Below, one piece after another: positions 37,245-49,400 of a DNA stretch of 64,000 nucleotides (its first letter is position 1; each line of letters begins with the position of its first letter). The DNA lies in contig OZ218950.1 of assembly GCA_965112735.1 (NCBI GenBank), positions 4,340,001 through 4,404,000 of the forward strand. The letters run 5' to 3'. The translations under genes and the position numbers were made by a program. The DNA is from Phaeosaccion multiseriatum (Eukaryota; Protista; Ochrophyta, other classes). The notes beneath the pieces were generated by a model. It searched no databases. It was not told where the DNA came from and saw only the letters and a list, made by a program, of their open reading frames with translations.

Positions 37245-37919
37245 CTGAGCCAGGGATGCCCAGGTAAGCTTGCCGATGGCCTCCTCCACTCGGCACAGAG
37301 CCGCCGCTTCATCCCCTTCGCTGCATATACTTCCTCCTCCGTCTGCTCCTTCTTCGTCCACAACTGGTCCTTGATTCGTACACGCCACGCCTGCAGCAGG
37401 CGTAGCAACGCTTTCCACCGCCGGAGAAAGACGTGCTCCACGCTTTCCCATCCTGGGCAAAACGATCACACAAGCAGGCACGTAGGGAGAGGGAGAGAAC
37501 GATGTACAGATAGTGGATGAGTACAGCGCACCCCACTGGTCAAGGCGGAAGGCCAGGGGTGCGTCTGTTGGTCCTTCCGTGCGCTGCGCCTCTACGCATG
37601 CACACATGCATGCACACACGCACCCACCCACCACCCACCTGCTTCTGAGCCACGAGGTGACTCTGCCCACCGCCAAAGGGGGGCGCTTGGCTGCAATCTC
37701 GCGGCGTGCTACCCCCACCCCCACCCCGTTCTGGTGCTCACTCCTCTGCCCGGGTCGAATCTCGTCTTCGGAGCAGCCTCCTCCTCCTCCTCCTCTCCCT
37801 CCTCCTCCTTCTTCTACTCCTCCTCCTTCTCCTTCTCCTCTTACTCCTCCTTCTCCTTCTCCTCCTCCTCCTCCTCCTCCTCCTCCTCCTCCTTCTCCTC
37901 CTCCTCCTCCTCTTCCTCC

Positions 37920-37951
<32 letters not shown>

Positions 37952-38408
37952 CTCTTTGTTCTTGTTGTTCTACTGCTGCCGGTGACTGGCGTTCGCCTCC
38001 TCCCTCCCCCTTATCCTTTGAGTAGCTTGTCTCTCCTTCCTTGCCCATATCCTGCCATCCGCCCTTCTCCGCCCTGTTCCCATCACCCGCAGCGGCAGAC
38101 TCTCTGTCGCCCTCTTCCATCTTCTCCTGTGACGATAGCGCAGGGGGGGGGGGCGGGGCAACATCGAGGAACGCAAGTCGGAAGGGCGTGCGGGAGGGAG
38201 AAGGAAGTACACACAAGGTCAGCGAGCGAGTGCAGCGCAGAGCATGGCCCGAGTCCTGTGCCCTCGCTGCAACTGGACATGGCAGGAAAGGAGTGACAGC
38301 TGTACTCACTCATGCGGTGGCCCTCCTCTATTTGCCCTCCCCACCCCCGAACCTCGCACTCACTTCATTCATTCGCCAAACACAAACACACCATCCCAGT
38401 CATACTCG

Positions 38409-38474
<66 letters not shown>

Positions 38475-39901
38475 ACACACAACGAACCTTGAGTGCAAAG
38501 TACTCGACGGTGTCCACCGCGTCCACCTCTCTGCCGGCAATGGCACGCAGGAGCCCTTCGGCCGTGGCAGCCCTCCTGCTCGCACCTTGGTGGGAAGGTA
38601 GCGCTGCTGATGATGGCGATGCTGCTACTACTGCTGCTGGTGCTGGTGCTGGTGCTGCAGCGGCGGCGACGGCGGTGGCTCCTTTTCCTGCTGCCGCCCT
38701 TGCTGTTGGGGTCTCTGGAGTGGCTTTACAGGTCAGCGGGTGACTTGATGTCGCGTCCCCGGTGCTTTCCAGAAGGCCGGGCTCCAGTGCTCTTCGCACT
38801 GCTTCCAACGACACCACTCCGACCCAAGCGCCGATCAGCGGCTGCTGTTGCTGTTGCTGGTGCTGCTGCGGCTGCTGCTGGGGCGGCTGTTGTGGCGATT
38901 CTCCCGTCGCTTTGGGTAGTGTCTGTGTCTCCTGCTCGACCTCCCGTTGCCTCGGTGCCGTCGCCAGTTGGGATAGAGAAGGGAAGGTTATCAAGGCGGC
39001 GAGTGAAGCAACTGCCTGCTCTTCCAGCTCATCAAGATGGAGGCTCACCTCCTCTCGAAGGGAGGCATTGAAGCCTTCAGCAGGGATCGAAGGGAAGGAA
39101 GTGGGAAGGAAGGTGCACACGAGAGCGAACGAGGAGGGCGCAGATCGAGTGATGAGACACACATAGACAGAACAGAGAATCTAAGCTTGTGGGATAGCCG
39201 TGTGGCCGAGGGTGGGGGCTGAGAAGGAGACCGCTGGTGGATTGGTGGATTGAGAAGGAGTGTGCGTGGAAGATGGGCCTCGAAAACACACTCTCACCTT
39301 TGAATGCACTAGTGCCCTTCGATGCCAACACCTCAATGCTTACCCGCCCCCCCTCTTCCGCGTCGTCCTCGGCAGTCGGGGTGCGGGGTGGAGGAGGAGT
39401 GTGGGAGAACTGCTGGACAAACCTCTTGCCGATGCGACAGAGTAAGCTCTCTGCTGCATTGGAGCCGAGGAGGGGGCTGCACAGAAGCACAGCCAAGACG
39501 CCAGCCTGCACGAAGGGCTGAAAGTACAGGGATACGCCTGCTGTCTCAAACACCTGCAGACTGGCCTGAGGCGCCGCCGGCTGTTGTGAAGGTCCTTCCC
39601 CATTCTCCTTAGTCCGTACGTCCTCCTCCTCCTCTTGCTCACTCGCGGAAAGTGAGGTTAGGCTACCCGCATTCACGTGGACGGCGTACAGAAAGGCAGC
39701 CACATTGAGGGACTGAAGGAGCCTTTCGTCTCGCTCTGACGCGTTGCGCTCTTGCCCTTGATCTACATCGCTTCCCGTTGTCGAGGAAGAAAGCCCCAAG
39801 CCCTTTTCGAAGGCCTTGGCGTAGAAAAGCACCCCACTCCGCAGCGAAAGTATCACCACACCCTTCACGACCGAATGCGGCCCCGACGAGGCCGAGGCCA
39901 T
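36234..39901 (-). CDS. Protein with N-terminal longin-like domain (FUZ/MON1/HPS1-like fold); exon structure uncertain
   Basis: Beta-beta-alpha-beta-beta-beta-alpha pattern: VKGVVILSLRSGVLFYAKAF / LNVAAFLYAVHVNA / LQVFETAGVSLYFQ / VLAVLLCS / AESLLCRIGKRFVQQF. Later coding-like exons run to ~36234. Confidence 0.5.
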
Positions 39902-40043
39902 GGCAATGGCAATAACCAAAAGATCCTGAGTTGACCCGGATCATCTGACCCGTTGAGGCCCCGTTACTATTAGGCAAGGATGGCACCCGAACGGATCCAC
40001 GTCGTAAAAGCGGGATAAGAAAGGAATAAGAAGCAGCTGCATC
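39902..40043. promoter_or_regulatory. Probable compact bidirectional promoter
   Basis: Only ~140 bp separate the divergent predicted start codons of the longin-like gene (39901) and the multifunctional enzyme gene (40044). Confidence 0.45.
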
Positions 40044-43000
40044 ATGGATGTCTCATATCAATTGCGGCCGGACGGAGTGGCCGTGATATGGTAAGTAAAG
40101 TCGTCCAAATATTTTCTCGTCCCTCCTCTCCCTTCCAGCTCTTCCTCTCCAATCCTCCTTCCTTCCTCCTCCACCCCTCCTGCCCCTTGCCCCCTCTTCT
40201 CCCTTCCTCCTGCATCTTATCTACACCGCGCTGCTGCTACCGTCCTGCCATCCCTCCCCAACTCCGAAAACAGCATGAACAATCCTCCTCTGAATCCTCT
40301 GAGCCACGGCGTGCGAGCCGGTCTCCTCTCCCACATTACCGAGGCGGGGGCGGACCCGCAGGTTAGCGCGGTGATACTCACAGGATCAGGCGGTAACTTC
40401 TCCGCTGGAGCAGACATTAAGGAGATGGCGGGGACAGACGGAGGCGTGAGTCGCCCCCCCCTCCTCACGGAGGTGGTTGAGGCCATCGAAGCATGCCCCA
40501 AGCCCGTGGTTGCAGCAGTGGACGGTGTGGCATTGGGTGGAGGCTGCGAGGTGGCGCTGGCAGCACACTACAGAGTTGTCACGGCGAGAGCGCGAATGGG
40601 GCTCCCCGAGGTGCTCATTGGACTCATTCCGGGCGCAGGAGGCACGCAGCGGCTGCCCCGTCTGGTAGAGGCGCCTGTGGCTCTAGGCATGATCACCACG
40701 GGCCGTATGCTCAAGGCGAAGGAGGCCTTGGCGGTGGGCTTGGCGGACCACTTGGTCGTCGGCCCTTCGACCGGCAAGAAGGGGGAGGTCAGTACAGCCC
40801 AACTGGTGGAGGGTGCTGTGGGTTTTGTCGTGTCTGCGACGAAAGGGAGGAGTCGAGGTGTTGGTGGTGCTGCGCATCATCAACCTTCTTGGTTGGATAA
40901 CCGAAGGTGCTCCAAACTACCGCTACGCAGCGACGCGCGTGAAGTGGAGGCATGCATCACTGCTGCCCTAAGCAAGGCCACCAAGAGGGGAGGAGGGGCA
41001 GCAGCAGAGCAGCCTGTGCGAGGCAACGAGCCTGTATGGGCAGCGATGCAAGCCCTTCGCGCTGCGGCTGATGCGTCCAACTCTTTTGAGGATGGAATGC
41101 GTGCAGAGGCATCACTCTTTGCCACGCTCATTCAATCTCAGCAGAGTAGGGCGAAGCGGCACCTGTTCATCTCAGAGAGAGGAGGAGGCGGAGGGAAGGA
41201 CAAGAGGAATAACAAGAAGGGAGGAGCCAGCGGGGCGAAGGCCAAGGCCGTGAGGAGAGTCGGAGTAATTGGGGCAGGGACCATGGGGGCCGGCATTGCT
41301 ATTGCACACCTCATGGCAGGACTCGAGGTGACCCTTGTGGACGTGAAGCAAGAGGCTCTGCAGCGAGGGCTGGACTACATCACGCGGGCAGTGGAATCCT
41401 TTGTGCGGCGTAAGAAGATGACTCCGGCCATGGCGAAGGAGCTGCCCAAGCGGCTGAAGGGCGCAACCAGCCTGAAGGAGGTGGCGGACTGTGACGTGGT
41501 CGTTGAGGCGGTGTTTGAGAACCTAAACTTGAAGAAGAAGATCTTCACAGAGGTAAGAGATGGATAACCGTATTGTTGGAGTCTTGAGTATGGTTAGGTA
41601 TGCAGGTCCGTGCCGGCGTGTGTGTGTGTGTGTGAGGGGGGGTGTACGTGTGTGAGTGCGTGCGTGAGTGCGTGTGTGTGTACGTGTATGACGGCATGCG
41701 TGAGTGCGCCTAGCGAAAGAGCATAGATGCAATACATTGACGTGTGAGTGGTTGTGTGTGTGCTTGTGTGTGCGTGTGTGTGTGGATGAATGTGCACTGC
41801 TGACTTGGGCGTGCTGTTGTACTGTTGCTATGTACTATTGCGATTGCCAGCTGGATCAAGTATGCCCGCCCTCCACCATCCTGGTGACCAACACAAGCAC
41901 CCTCGACATTGACGCCATCGCCTCCGCTACCCGGGGGGGGCGTCCCGAGCGAGTCATGGGCATGCACTTCTTCTCGCCCGCGCACATGATGCCACTGGTG
42001 CGTGCGTGCGCGTATAGACAAAAGAGAGAGGGAGAGAAGAGAAGAGACAGAGACAGAGACAAAGGATGGAAGAGAGGGAGGGAGGGAGGGAGGGAGGAAG
42101 AGGGGTGGAGGTGGCAGCGAGGGACAGACATGTATGGGATGTGGGATTCATTCCTTCCTTGCCGCCCTGCCTCCCGAGACACGTCTTCAACCTCCTCTTA
42201 CGCCTCTTCTCTTCGCGTGTCTCCATCTGTCCTCCTCCTCCTCCTCGTCGTCGTCGTCGTCGTCGTCGTCGTCATTGATCTATTAGGTAGAGTGTGTGCG
42301 TGGCCAAAAGACGACACCGGCCACCATTGCTGCTGTGGTGGGCCTGGCCAAGAAGTTGCCTGGCAAGGTGGTGGTGGTGGTCGGCAACTGTGATGGCTTC
42401 GTGGGCAATCGCATGCTTAAGTCATACACCGCAGAGATGGTGTTCATGCTTGAGGAAGGAGCCACGCCCAGACAGGTAGCGGAGGGGGGAGGGGAGGGAG
42501 GGATGGAGGAGGGGACGAGGGGAGGAGCGAGGAGGGAGGGAGGGACGGAAGGTGAGGGAGTGAGGGAGGGAGGAGGAGGGGGGAGAGAGAAAGAGGAGGG
42601 GGGAGGAGGCGGGTGGGCAGGTGGGCACTTTTCTTCTCTCTCTCCCTCTCTCTCTTGCCTCCTCTCCAACCCCTCTCGGGCTATTTCTCCTCGGGTTCAC
42701 CGAGCTCACTTGCTCGTCGCGTGACATCGACACACACACGCAAACAAGCAAGCATCCTCTCCCTCGCACCCATCCAACCCCTCATGATGACTGACGAATG
42801 AAGCATGACCTGTCTGGCTATAGATCGACAACGCAGTCAAGGCGTTCGGTATGGCAATCGGCCCCTTCGAAATGTCCGACCTGGCGGGGAACGACATTGG
42901 CTACCTCATTCGGAAGGAGCGAGGGCTGCTGGACCCCAACAATAGACCCAAGGACGAGCGCTACAGCACGCTCGGCGACAAGCTGGTGGAGATGGGAAGG

Positions 43001-43685
43001 ACGGGTCAGAAGGCCGGCAAGGGCTGGTACAGGTCAGTCAGTCAGTCAGTCAGTCAGTCAGTCAGTCAGTCAGTCTTTGTCTGTGTCGATGGATGTGCTG
43101 GTCCCAAGAGAGCTTTCCTAAAGACTGGAACCATATTATCTGCTGCTCTCCGGGTGGTGTCCATATGTGTGCCTGTTTATCTGCCTGCCTGCCTCTAATG
43201 TATGCCTTGCATGTGTATCTATCTGCCTGTCTGGCTCCCTTCCCATCCTCCTCTCCCACAGGTACGAGGGCTCCGATCGCCGAGCCCTGGACGACGAAGA
43301 GGTAGATCGACTCATCTCGGAGCACCGGAAGGAGACGGGTATGAAACCGCGGAACATTTCAGACGAGGAGATTGTTGCGAGGTGCTTTTACCCTTTGATC
43401 AACGAGGGCTTTCAGATTCTGGAGGAGGGCATTGCCGACCGCCCGTCCGACATTGATTTGGTGTGGGTGTATGGCTACTCCTGGCCTCGGTGGAGAGGAG
43501 GCCCCATGTTCTGGGCGGATGAGATGGGCCTCTCTACCCTGTTGAGTGAGCTGGAGCGGCTCGGGAAGGCCTTGCCGCAAGTGTCCCACTGGAAACCCTC
43601 GGCGCTGCTCAAGCGGCTGGTGGACACGGGGGAAAGCCTTGGAGGGTTTTACCGACGGAAAGCAGCCATGAGAAGCAGGCTTTGA
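40044..43685 (+). CDS. Peroxisomal multifunctional enzyme (enoyl-CoA hydratase / 3-hydroxyacyl-CoA dehydrogenase; EHHADH-like)
   Basis: [44 protein letters not shown]; [10 protein letters not shown]; VVEAVFE; TNTSTL; GMHFFSPAH; GFVGNRML; RGGPMFWAD; C-terminal PTS1 SRL*. Confidence 0.96.
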
Positions 43686-44265
43686 TCAGTGATCAGGCCA
43701 TTCATCCATTGACGTATTGAGGACGGGGAAGTTCTCTTTTCTTTCCTTCCTTCTATTGTCCATTGTTCAGTCGTTACGTAGAAGCGTCGGTTTTTTTACC
43801 ATTTAAATAGAGTTATCGTAGGAGATTCTTCTGGGGGCCGGGTCTATCTGCATTTTGTTGTTCTACCTCCTCGAGAGGATGAGAGGGGAAGATTTTGTAT
43901 ATTTTAAGTGCCATCTATGATTGTCTAAAAGTAATGTCTCACCTCCCCGGGGAACTTAGCCCTCGAGGTCGTATCCGATGCGTCAGTTCTCCCGATTGGC
44001 ATAAAGTTGATGCCAGCCAGGATCCTATGGCGAATCGATCTTTCGTGTCGAGCCCGCTGGAGCGCAACGGCTAAACGCCGCCGAATGACGCAAACAGCCC
44101 TCCATTCCAGATGTTAGCTGTGAATCCAACTTTGAATCACCAACTCCCAAAGGCCCAGGGCGTGGCGGTCTCAACAAAATTACGTTACGATGGAAGATAT
44201 TAAGGACGCACAAGACGCGTGTCCGGGGAAGTCGGCTCTATCATCGGGCGGAGGTCTTATCTTCC

Positions 44266-46371
44266 ATGGCGCCCGGGGAGGGGGCGTGGCGTTCGTGGGG
44301 GGCGTGTCTTTGCACCCTTTGGTTGTGGCACAGGGCGACAGCCTCGGGGGACGTCCTATGCGCCACGGGCACGAGAAACACATGCGTCCTGCACACTCCT
44401 TCTGGGGAGCTCCAATGCTGGGGAACGTGAGTGCAAATTCGTTCTTGGAGGCCTCTAATGGAAGCACCAATCAAAGAGCAGAGGGGGAGGGAGGAGGAAG
44501 AGCGGCGGGAGAATCCGGGAGAGGTGGAAGCATGTGGGCTGGCAAAGTAGTGTAGGCGGGAGGATGCATGAGTGGCTACAACCACCACGCCTGCTGCCCC
44601 TCTAAATGCGCTCACTCCCCTGTGCTATCGTGGTCGTCGATCTGTGTTTGAGCGCGCAGCTACCAAAATGGCGCCCTGGGGCTCGGCACCATCGACCCAG
44701 GGGAAGACTTGGGGGATAATGCTGGAGAGATGGACGACATTCTTGCCTTGACGGTACGAGCCCAGTCCATCAGCGTAGTCCCGAGCTGTCTTCGACAATG
44801 GCTTTAGCTACCCCTACAGGCCGAGGGTGGGAGGATCCTTTGCCAATGACGCCCCTTTTGTTTGTTTGAAACACCTGTGCGCCCCTCGCCGACCCTGGAG
44901 CAGAATCCTATTGACCTAGGCCAGGGATACAGTGCGCAAGACATCTCCGCCTCGTTCCACGGCCAGTGTGCGGTGAGATGAGAAAGAAAGAGAAGGCAGA
45001 GAGGCACAGAAAGGTGGTGTAGCCAGGCAGCCACCCTCCACTGCGACGTGCACTCACAAACCTTTCCCCTGACATCCGCCTTGTTGCCTTCCTTGTTGTC
45101 TTCTTGCTTTCTTCTTTGCCCGTTGGTCCAGCTTGGGACCGGGGGAGGAGTGAAGTGCTGGGGGCTGAACAACTTCGGGCAGCTGGGACAGGTAGGAGGG
45201 TGGGGAAAGACAGAGGCAGAGAGACCGGCTCAAAGGCCAAGGGAGGACGTGGTGCGGATACTAAGTGAAGGAGTGAAGGACTGACTTAAGGGAGTAGTAG
45301 TAGGTGTGTGCGTAGCTTTTCCATCGTGCTGCTTCTCACTCTCTGTCCGTCTCTCGTGACTGCTGCCTCCTCCTGCAGGATGATGACCAGGATCGTGGGT
45401 GGACCGACTCCGAGATGGTAAGAACGAGCCATGATGGAAAGAATCTGCATCTTGTCTGGTACACAGCCTTCGCTCGACCCCGTTTACTAGTCCTTAACAT
45501 CTTTCCCCTCTTGGGAACACGTGCAATTGCCTTCCTTGTTCTCCTGTGCGGCGTCAACAGGGCGACGGTCTGGCTGCAGGTGAGAAGGCTACGCGCCTTT
45601 GCTCTGGCCCTTTCTTTCCCTCACCTTTTGAAAAAGGCTCCCTGCTCATACCCCATCAGACACTTCCCTTCTGACAGACTGACTCGCGTGTTTCCTTTCC
45701 TGCCCATCGCCCCCCACTCCTACTCACCGTGCGCTGATGTGAACGAGAGCAGTGGCTCTAGGGGAGAATGCCACGCAGATTGCCACTCACAGGTACACGG
45801 CGTGTGCGCTACTTGCATCCGGAAACGTGAAATGGTAAGACCCTGCTTTGACCTCCCTTCTCGGCGAGAAAGGCAGGCACACGACCGCAGAACCGCTGCT
45901 GCTGCTGCTGCTTTTGTTTCTGCCCACCTCTGTCCCCGTATGCCCAACTTCTGGGCTGCCAAGCTTCTCGTCCGGCCTTTTGCTTCTTGTTTGTACCCTT
46001 CTCTCACTTGTTCGTCGCATGGATGTGTGTGTGTCTTTGACCATGCGCACAGCTGGGGCGACAATACCAAGGGACAGGTGAGCGACCGAGCGCAGCAACA
46101 AGTAGAGAGCTTAGATTAACACGCTGTCCGTTACCCGTCACGAAAGCAGTAGTGGTAGTCGCAGGGGGGGGGGATCACCAGTGATTGACAAACACCCCTC
46201 GTTTGCGCGCTCTTGCTGACACACAGTGCGGACAGGGAAGTACCAACGCCACCTTTGGAGCGTCGTCGAATGCTAACGAAACGATGGCCGATGTATCGAA
46301 CGTGCAGCTCCCCACTGGAAGGAACGCAACCTTCATCGCCACGGGCGGGGATCATGTGTGCGCGGTGAGTG

Positions 46372-46442
<71 letters not shown>

Positions 46443-49400
46443 ACTGTCACCTCCCCGTGGCTGAGGGAAAGAGGGATCGAGAGACCACGAGTGTTGTTGT
46501 AGGCCATCCGTTTCGCCCTCTGCCTGGGTATACCGTATCGCCCTTTCTCCTTGGACTGGCGTTAGCTGAAGGGAAGGACCACCTTACCCCCTGCTCACAG
46601 ACATACATGCATGGTATTCATCCTCCTGTGACTTGCGCTCTGTGCCAACAGATTCTGAACACGGGCAACCTGACCTGCTGGGGCGACAACACCTACGGAC
46701 AGGTGAGAAACCGACCAGCCAGTCAGCCAGCCAAGGCGAGCCTTTCTGAATGGCACGTAGCTATGCTCATGCCCTCGCCACTCTCTCCCTCCCTCCCTCC
46801 CTCTCCCTCTCGCTCACGAAACAGCTGGGCACCGGTACCAGCGGCAATATAATCGGAAGATATGCATCTGAAATGGGAGATAGCTTGGAAGAGGTCATCG
46901 TCGGTGTCGGTGCCAGAGCCGTCGCACTCAGTGTTGGGTATCAGCACACATGCGTGGTAAGCTTAGCTTGCGGTTTACCTGGCGCGCGAGGAAGAAGTGC
47001 TTCTTGGAGATTGTTTCCTTGAACGTGCTGCTTGAGCCTCGCCGAGGGAAGAAGTGCGTGTGAGCGTGCAGGGTGACTCTCGAGAGCAAGACTTCTCCTC
47101 CTCCTCCTCCTCCTCCTCCTCCTCCTCCTCCTCACTCCCTTCTTGCCCCCTTGACAATGCCTGCTCTCGGGGTGACTGCTTTGATCGGCGCCGTTGCTCA
47201 ATCACTCACCAGATTCGGCAATACGCTGCGAATAGCACCAAAGACGTGGTCTGCTGGGGGAGGAACGTTTTCGGTACGCACCTACATCCCGCATGGATGG
47301 ATGTGATGCGTGGCGGAACGTCTTTCCCGTATACACCAGACTATCGAAGAGGATATGGCATTCACACGCTGCGTTTGCTTTATACTTCCTTCCTTGCTTC
47401 CTTCCTTCCTTCCTTCCTTCCTTCCTTCCTTCCTTCCTTCCTTCCTGCCAGTTGATCCAACACTTGACGCTCGAATCTGATCTTGTCTGCTCATCCTCCC
47501 TCACACGATGCAAATTCGCATGATGGCACGCACTCTCTTCCTCGCCTCTCTTCTCCTCTCAGGAGAGCTTGGAACTGGGACGGCGGACAACCAACACAGC
47601 CCCACAAACGTGGTAAGTGGAACAGGATGGGGCACGTCAAGACTTTGCATTTCGACACACACGGGAAAGAGAGTCCATTCTGAGAGGCTTCCCCTCTTAC
47701 CGGCTGTGCGTGTTCTGTTCTGGTGTGCGACCTTGGGCCCTCCTCCTCCTCCTCCTCCTCCTCCTCCTCCTCCTCCTCCTCCTCCTCCTCCTCCTCCTCC
47801 TCCTCCTCCTCCTCCTCCTCCTCCTCCTCCTCCTCCTTCTCCTCCTCCTCCTCCTCCTCCTCCTCCTCCTCCTCCTCCTGGGATCGATTATCGTAGACCG
47901 GTGTGGATCTGGGCTCTGGGCTCACTCCGAGTTCTGTACACGCGGGAAAGAAGCTAACGTGTGTACTCTTCGAGAATGGTAAGTAAATGCCCCGCCCTAG
48001 ATTGGTGTTGGCAGCAGCGCCGTCCGACATGGGCTTCGGTAGCAGCGCCGCGCCGCTTTTGATTGGCTTTGTTGGGATGTGGGAAGGGCGCTCGCTCTCT
48101 CTCTCTCTCTCTGGCCCGCCTGGATCATGCTTGGCTCCTTAGCTATGATTGCAGTCACAGAAGCAAGTCGTACACAAGAAGATGGTCAATCACCCCCCCC
48201 CCCCTTCCTGCCCCTCTCCATCTTTCCTTTTACCCTTTCTGCTTTACTTGTTCCTTCTCAGGAGCGGTCAAGTGCTTCGGGGAGAATGACAAAGGTGCGT
48301 GCGTGCGTGCATGCGTGCGTGCGTGCGAGTGTGCGAGTCAGTGCTTCTCCTGCAACGTCAGTTCAAAATGGGCTCAAACATGGCGAGGAAGGATGGGGCT
48401 TCGCTCTGGCTGTTCCACGCTCCCTCCCTCCCTCCCTCCGTCTCTGAAGCTCAATAGTGTGAAAACAATTCGTCCCTCGACTGAAGCTCAATAGTGTGAA
48501 AACAATTCGTCCCTCGACTGTTGCTTGCTCTGCGTGTGGCCCACCCACCCATCCACCCACCCACCCATCTGCCCATCCACTCTTATTCTGAGTCACAGGT
48601 CAACTAGCGAACGCCGATCTCGGCGAAGTAGGGGCTTATTCGCATCACATGGGCGACAACTTGACCGCTGTGGCGTTTGGGTCAAGTGGCAACAAAACTG
48701 TACAGAGCTTGTGCATTGGAAAGAAAACGGTGTGCGCTGTCATGAACTCCTCTGACGAGCTCGTGTGCTGGGGACTAAACGACAGGCAAGTAGGGCAGGG
48801 TGGTGAGGGGGAGAAAGGATGAGAACTCAGGCGGGGCAAGAGGGCTGCTGGAGGAAGAAGGGGCCGCCCGCCTTGAAGGCACGAAGTTGGAGGCAAAAGC
48901 TTTTTGCGTGGGGTGCGGGAGTGAGGATACACGTGCTGTGTACGCACGGTATCCTTCGAGACGTCCTACCAAAGCTTGCTCTTGCCCTCTTTTGCTTCCT
49001 TGCCCTTTCCATCAGGGCCGACTGACCAACACTTTTGCTATGTCTATATTGTGTCGGACTCTACTTGTTCACAGCGGTCAGCTGGGGGTGGGAAGCACCT
49101 CCAACATCGGAGGAGAAGCGACAGACCTCCCCCTCGTGCATAGCTTGGCGTTCGACTTTCCCGCAACCCTTTCACCAACAGCAGCTCCGACAGCAGCTCC
49201 GACAGTAGCACCAACGGCAGCTCCAACAGCAGCTCCGACAGTAGCACCAACGGCAGCTCCAACAGCAGCTCCAACGGCAGCTCCAACAGCAGCTCCGACA
49301 GTAGCACCAACGGCAGCTCCAACAGCAGCTCCAACAGCAGCTCCGACAGTAGCACCAACGGCAGCTCCAACAGCAGCTCCAACAGCAGCTCCAACAGCAG

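Noticed and set aside
48444-48520. 37-bp direct repeat of CRISPR-like length
   Set aside because: Only two abutting copies with no spacer, inside an intron. It is a simple tandem duplication, like the 14-bp repeat at ~50546-50587 and the 16-bp repeat at ~51095-51127.
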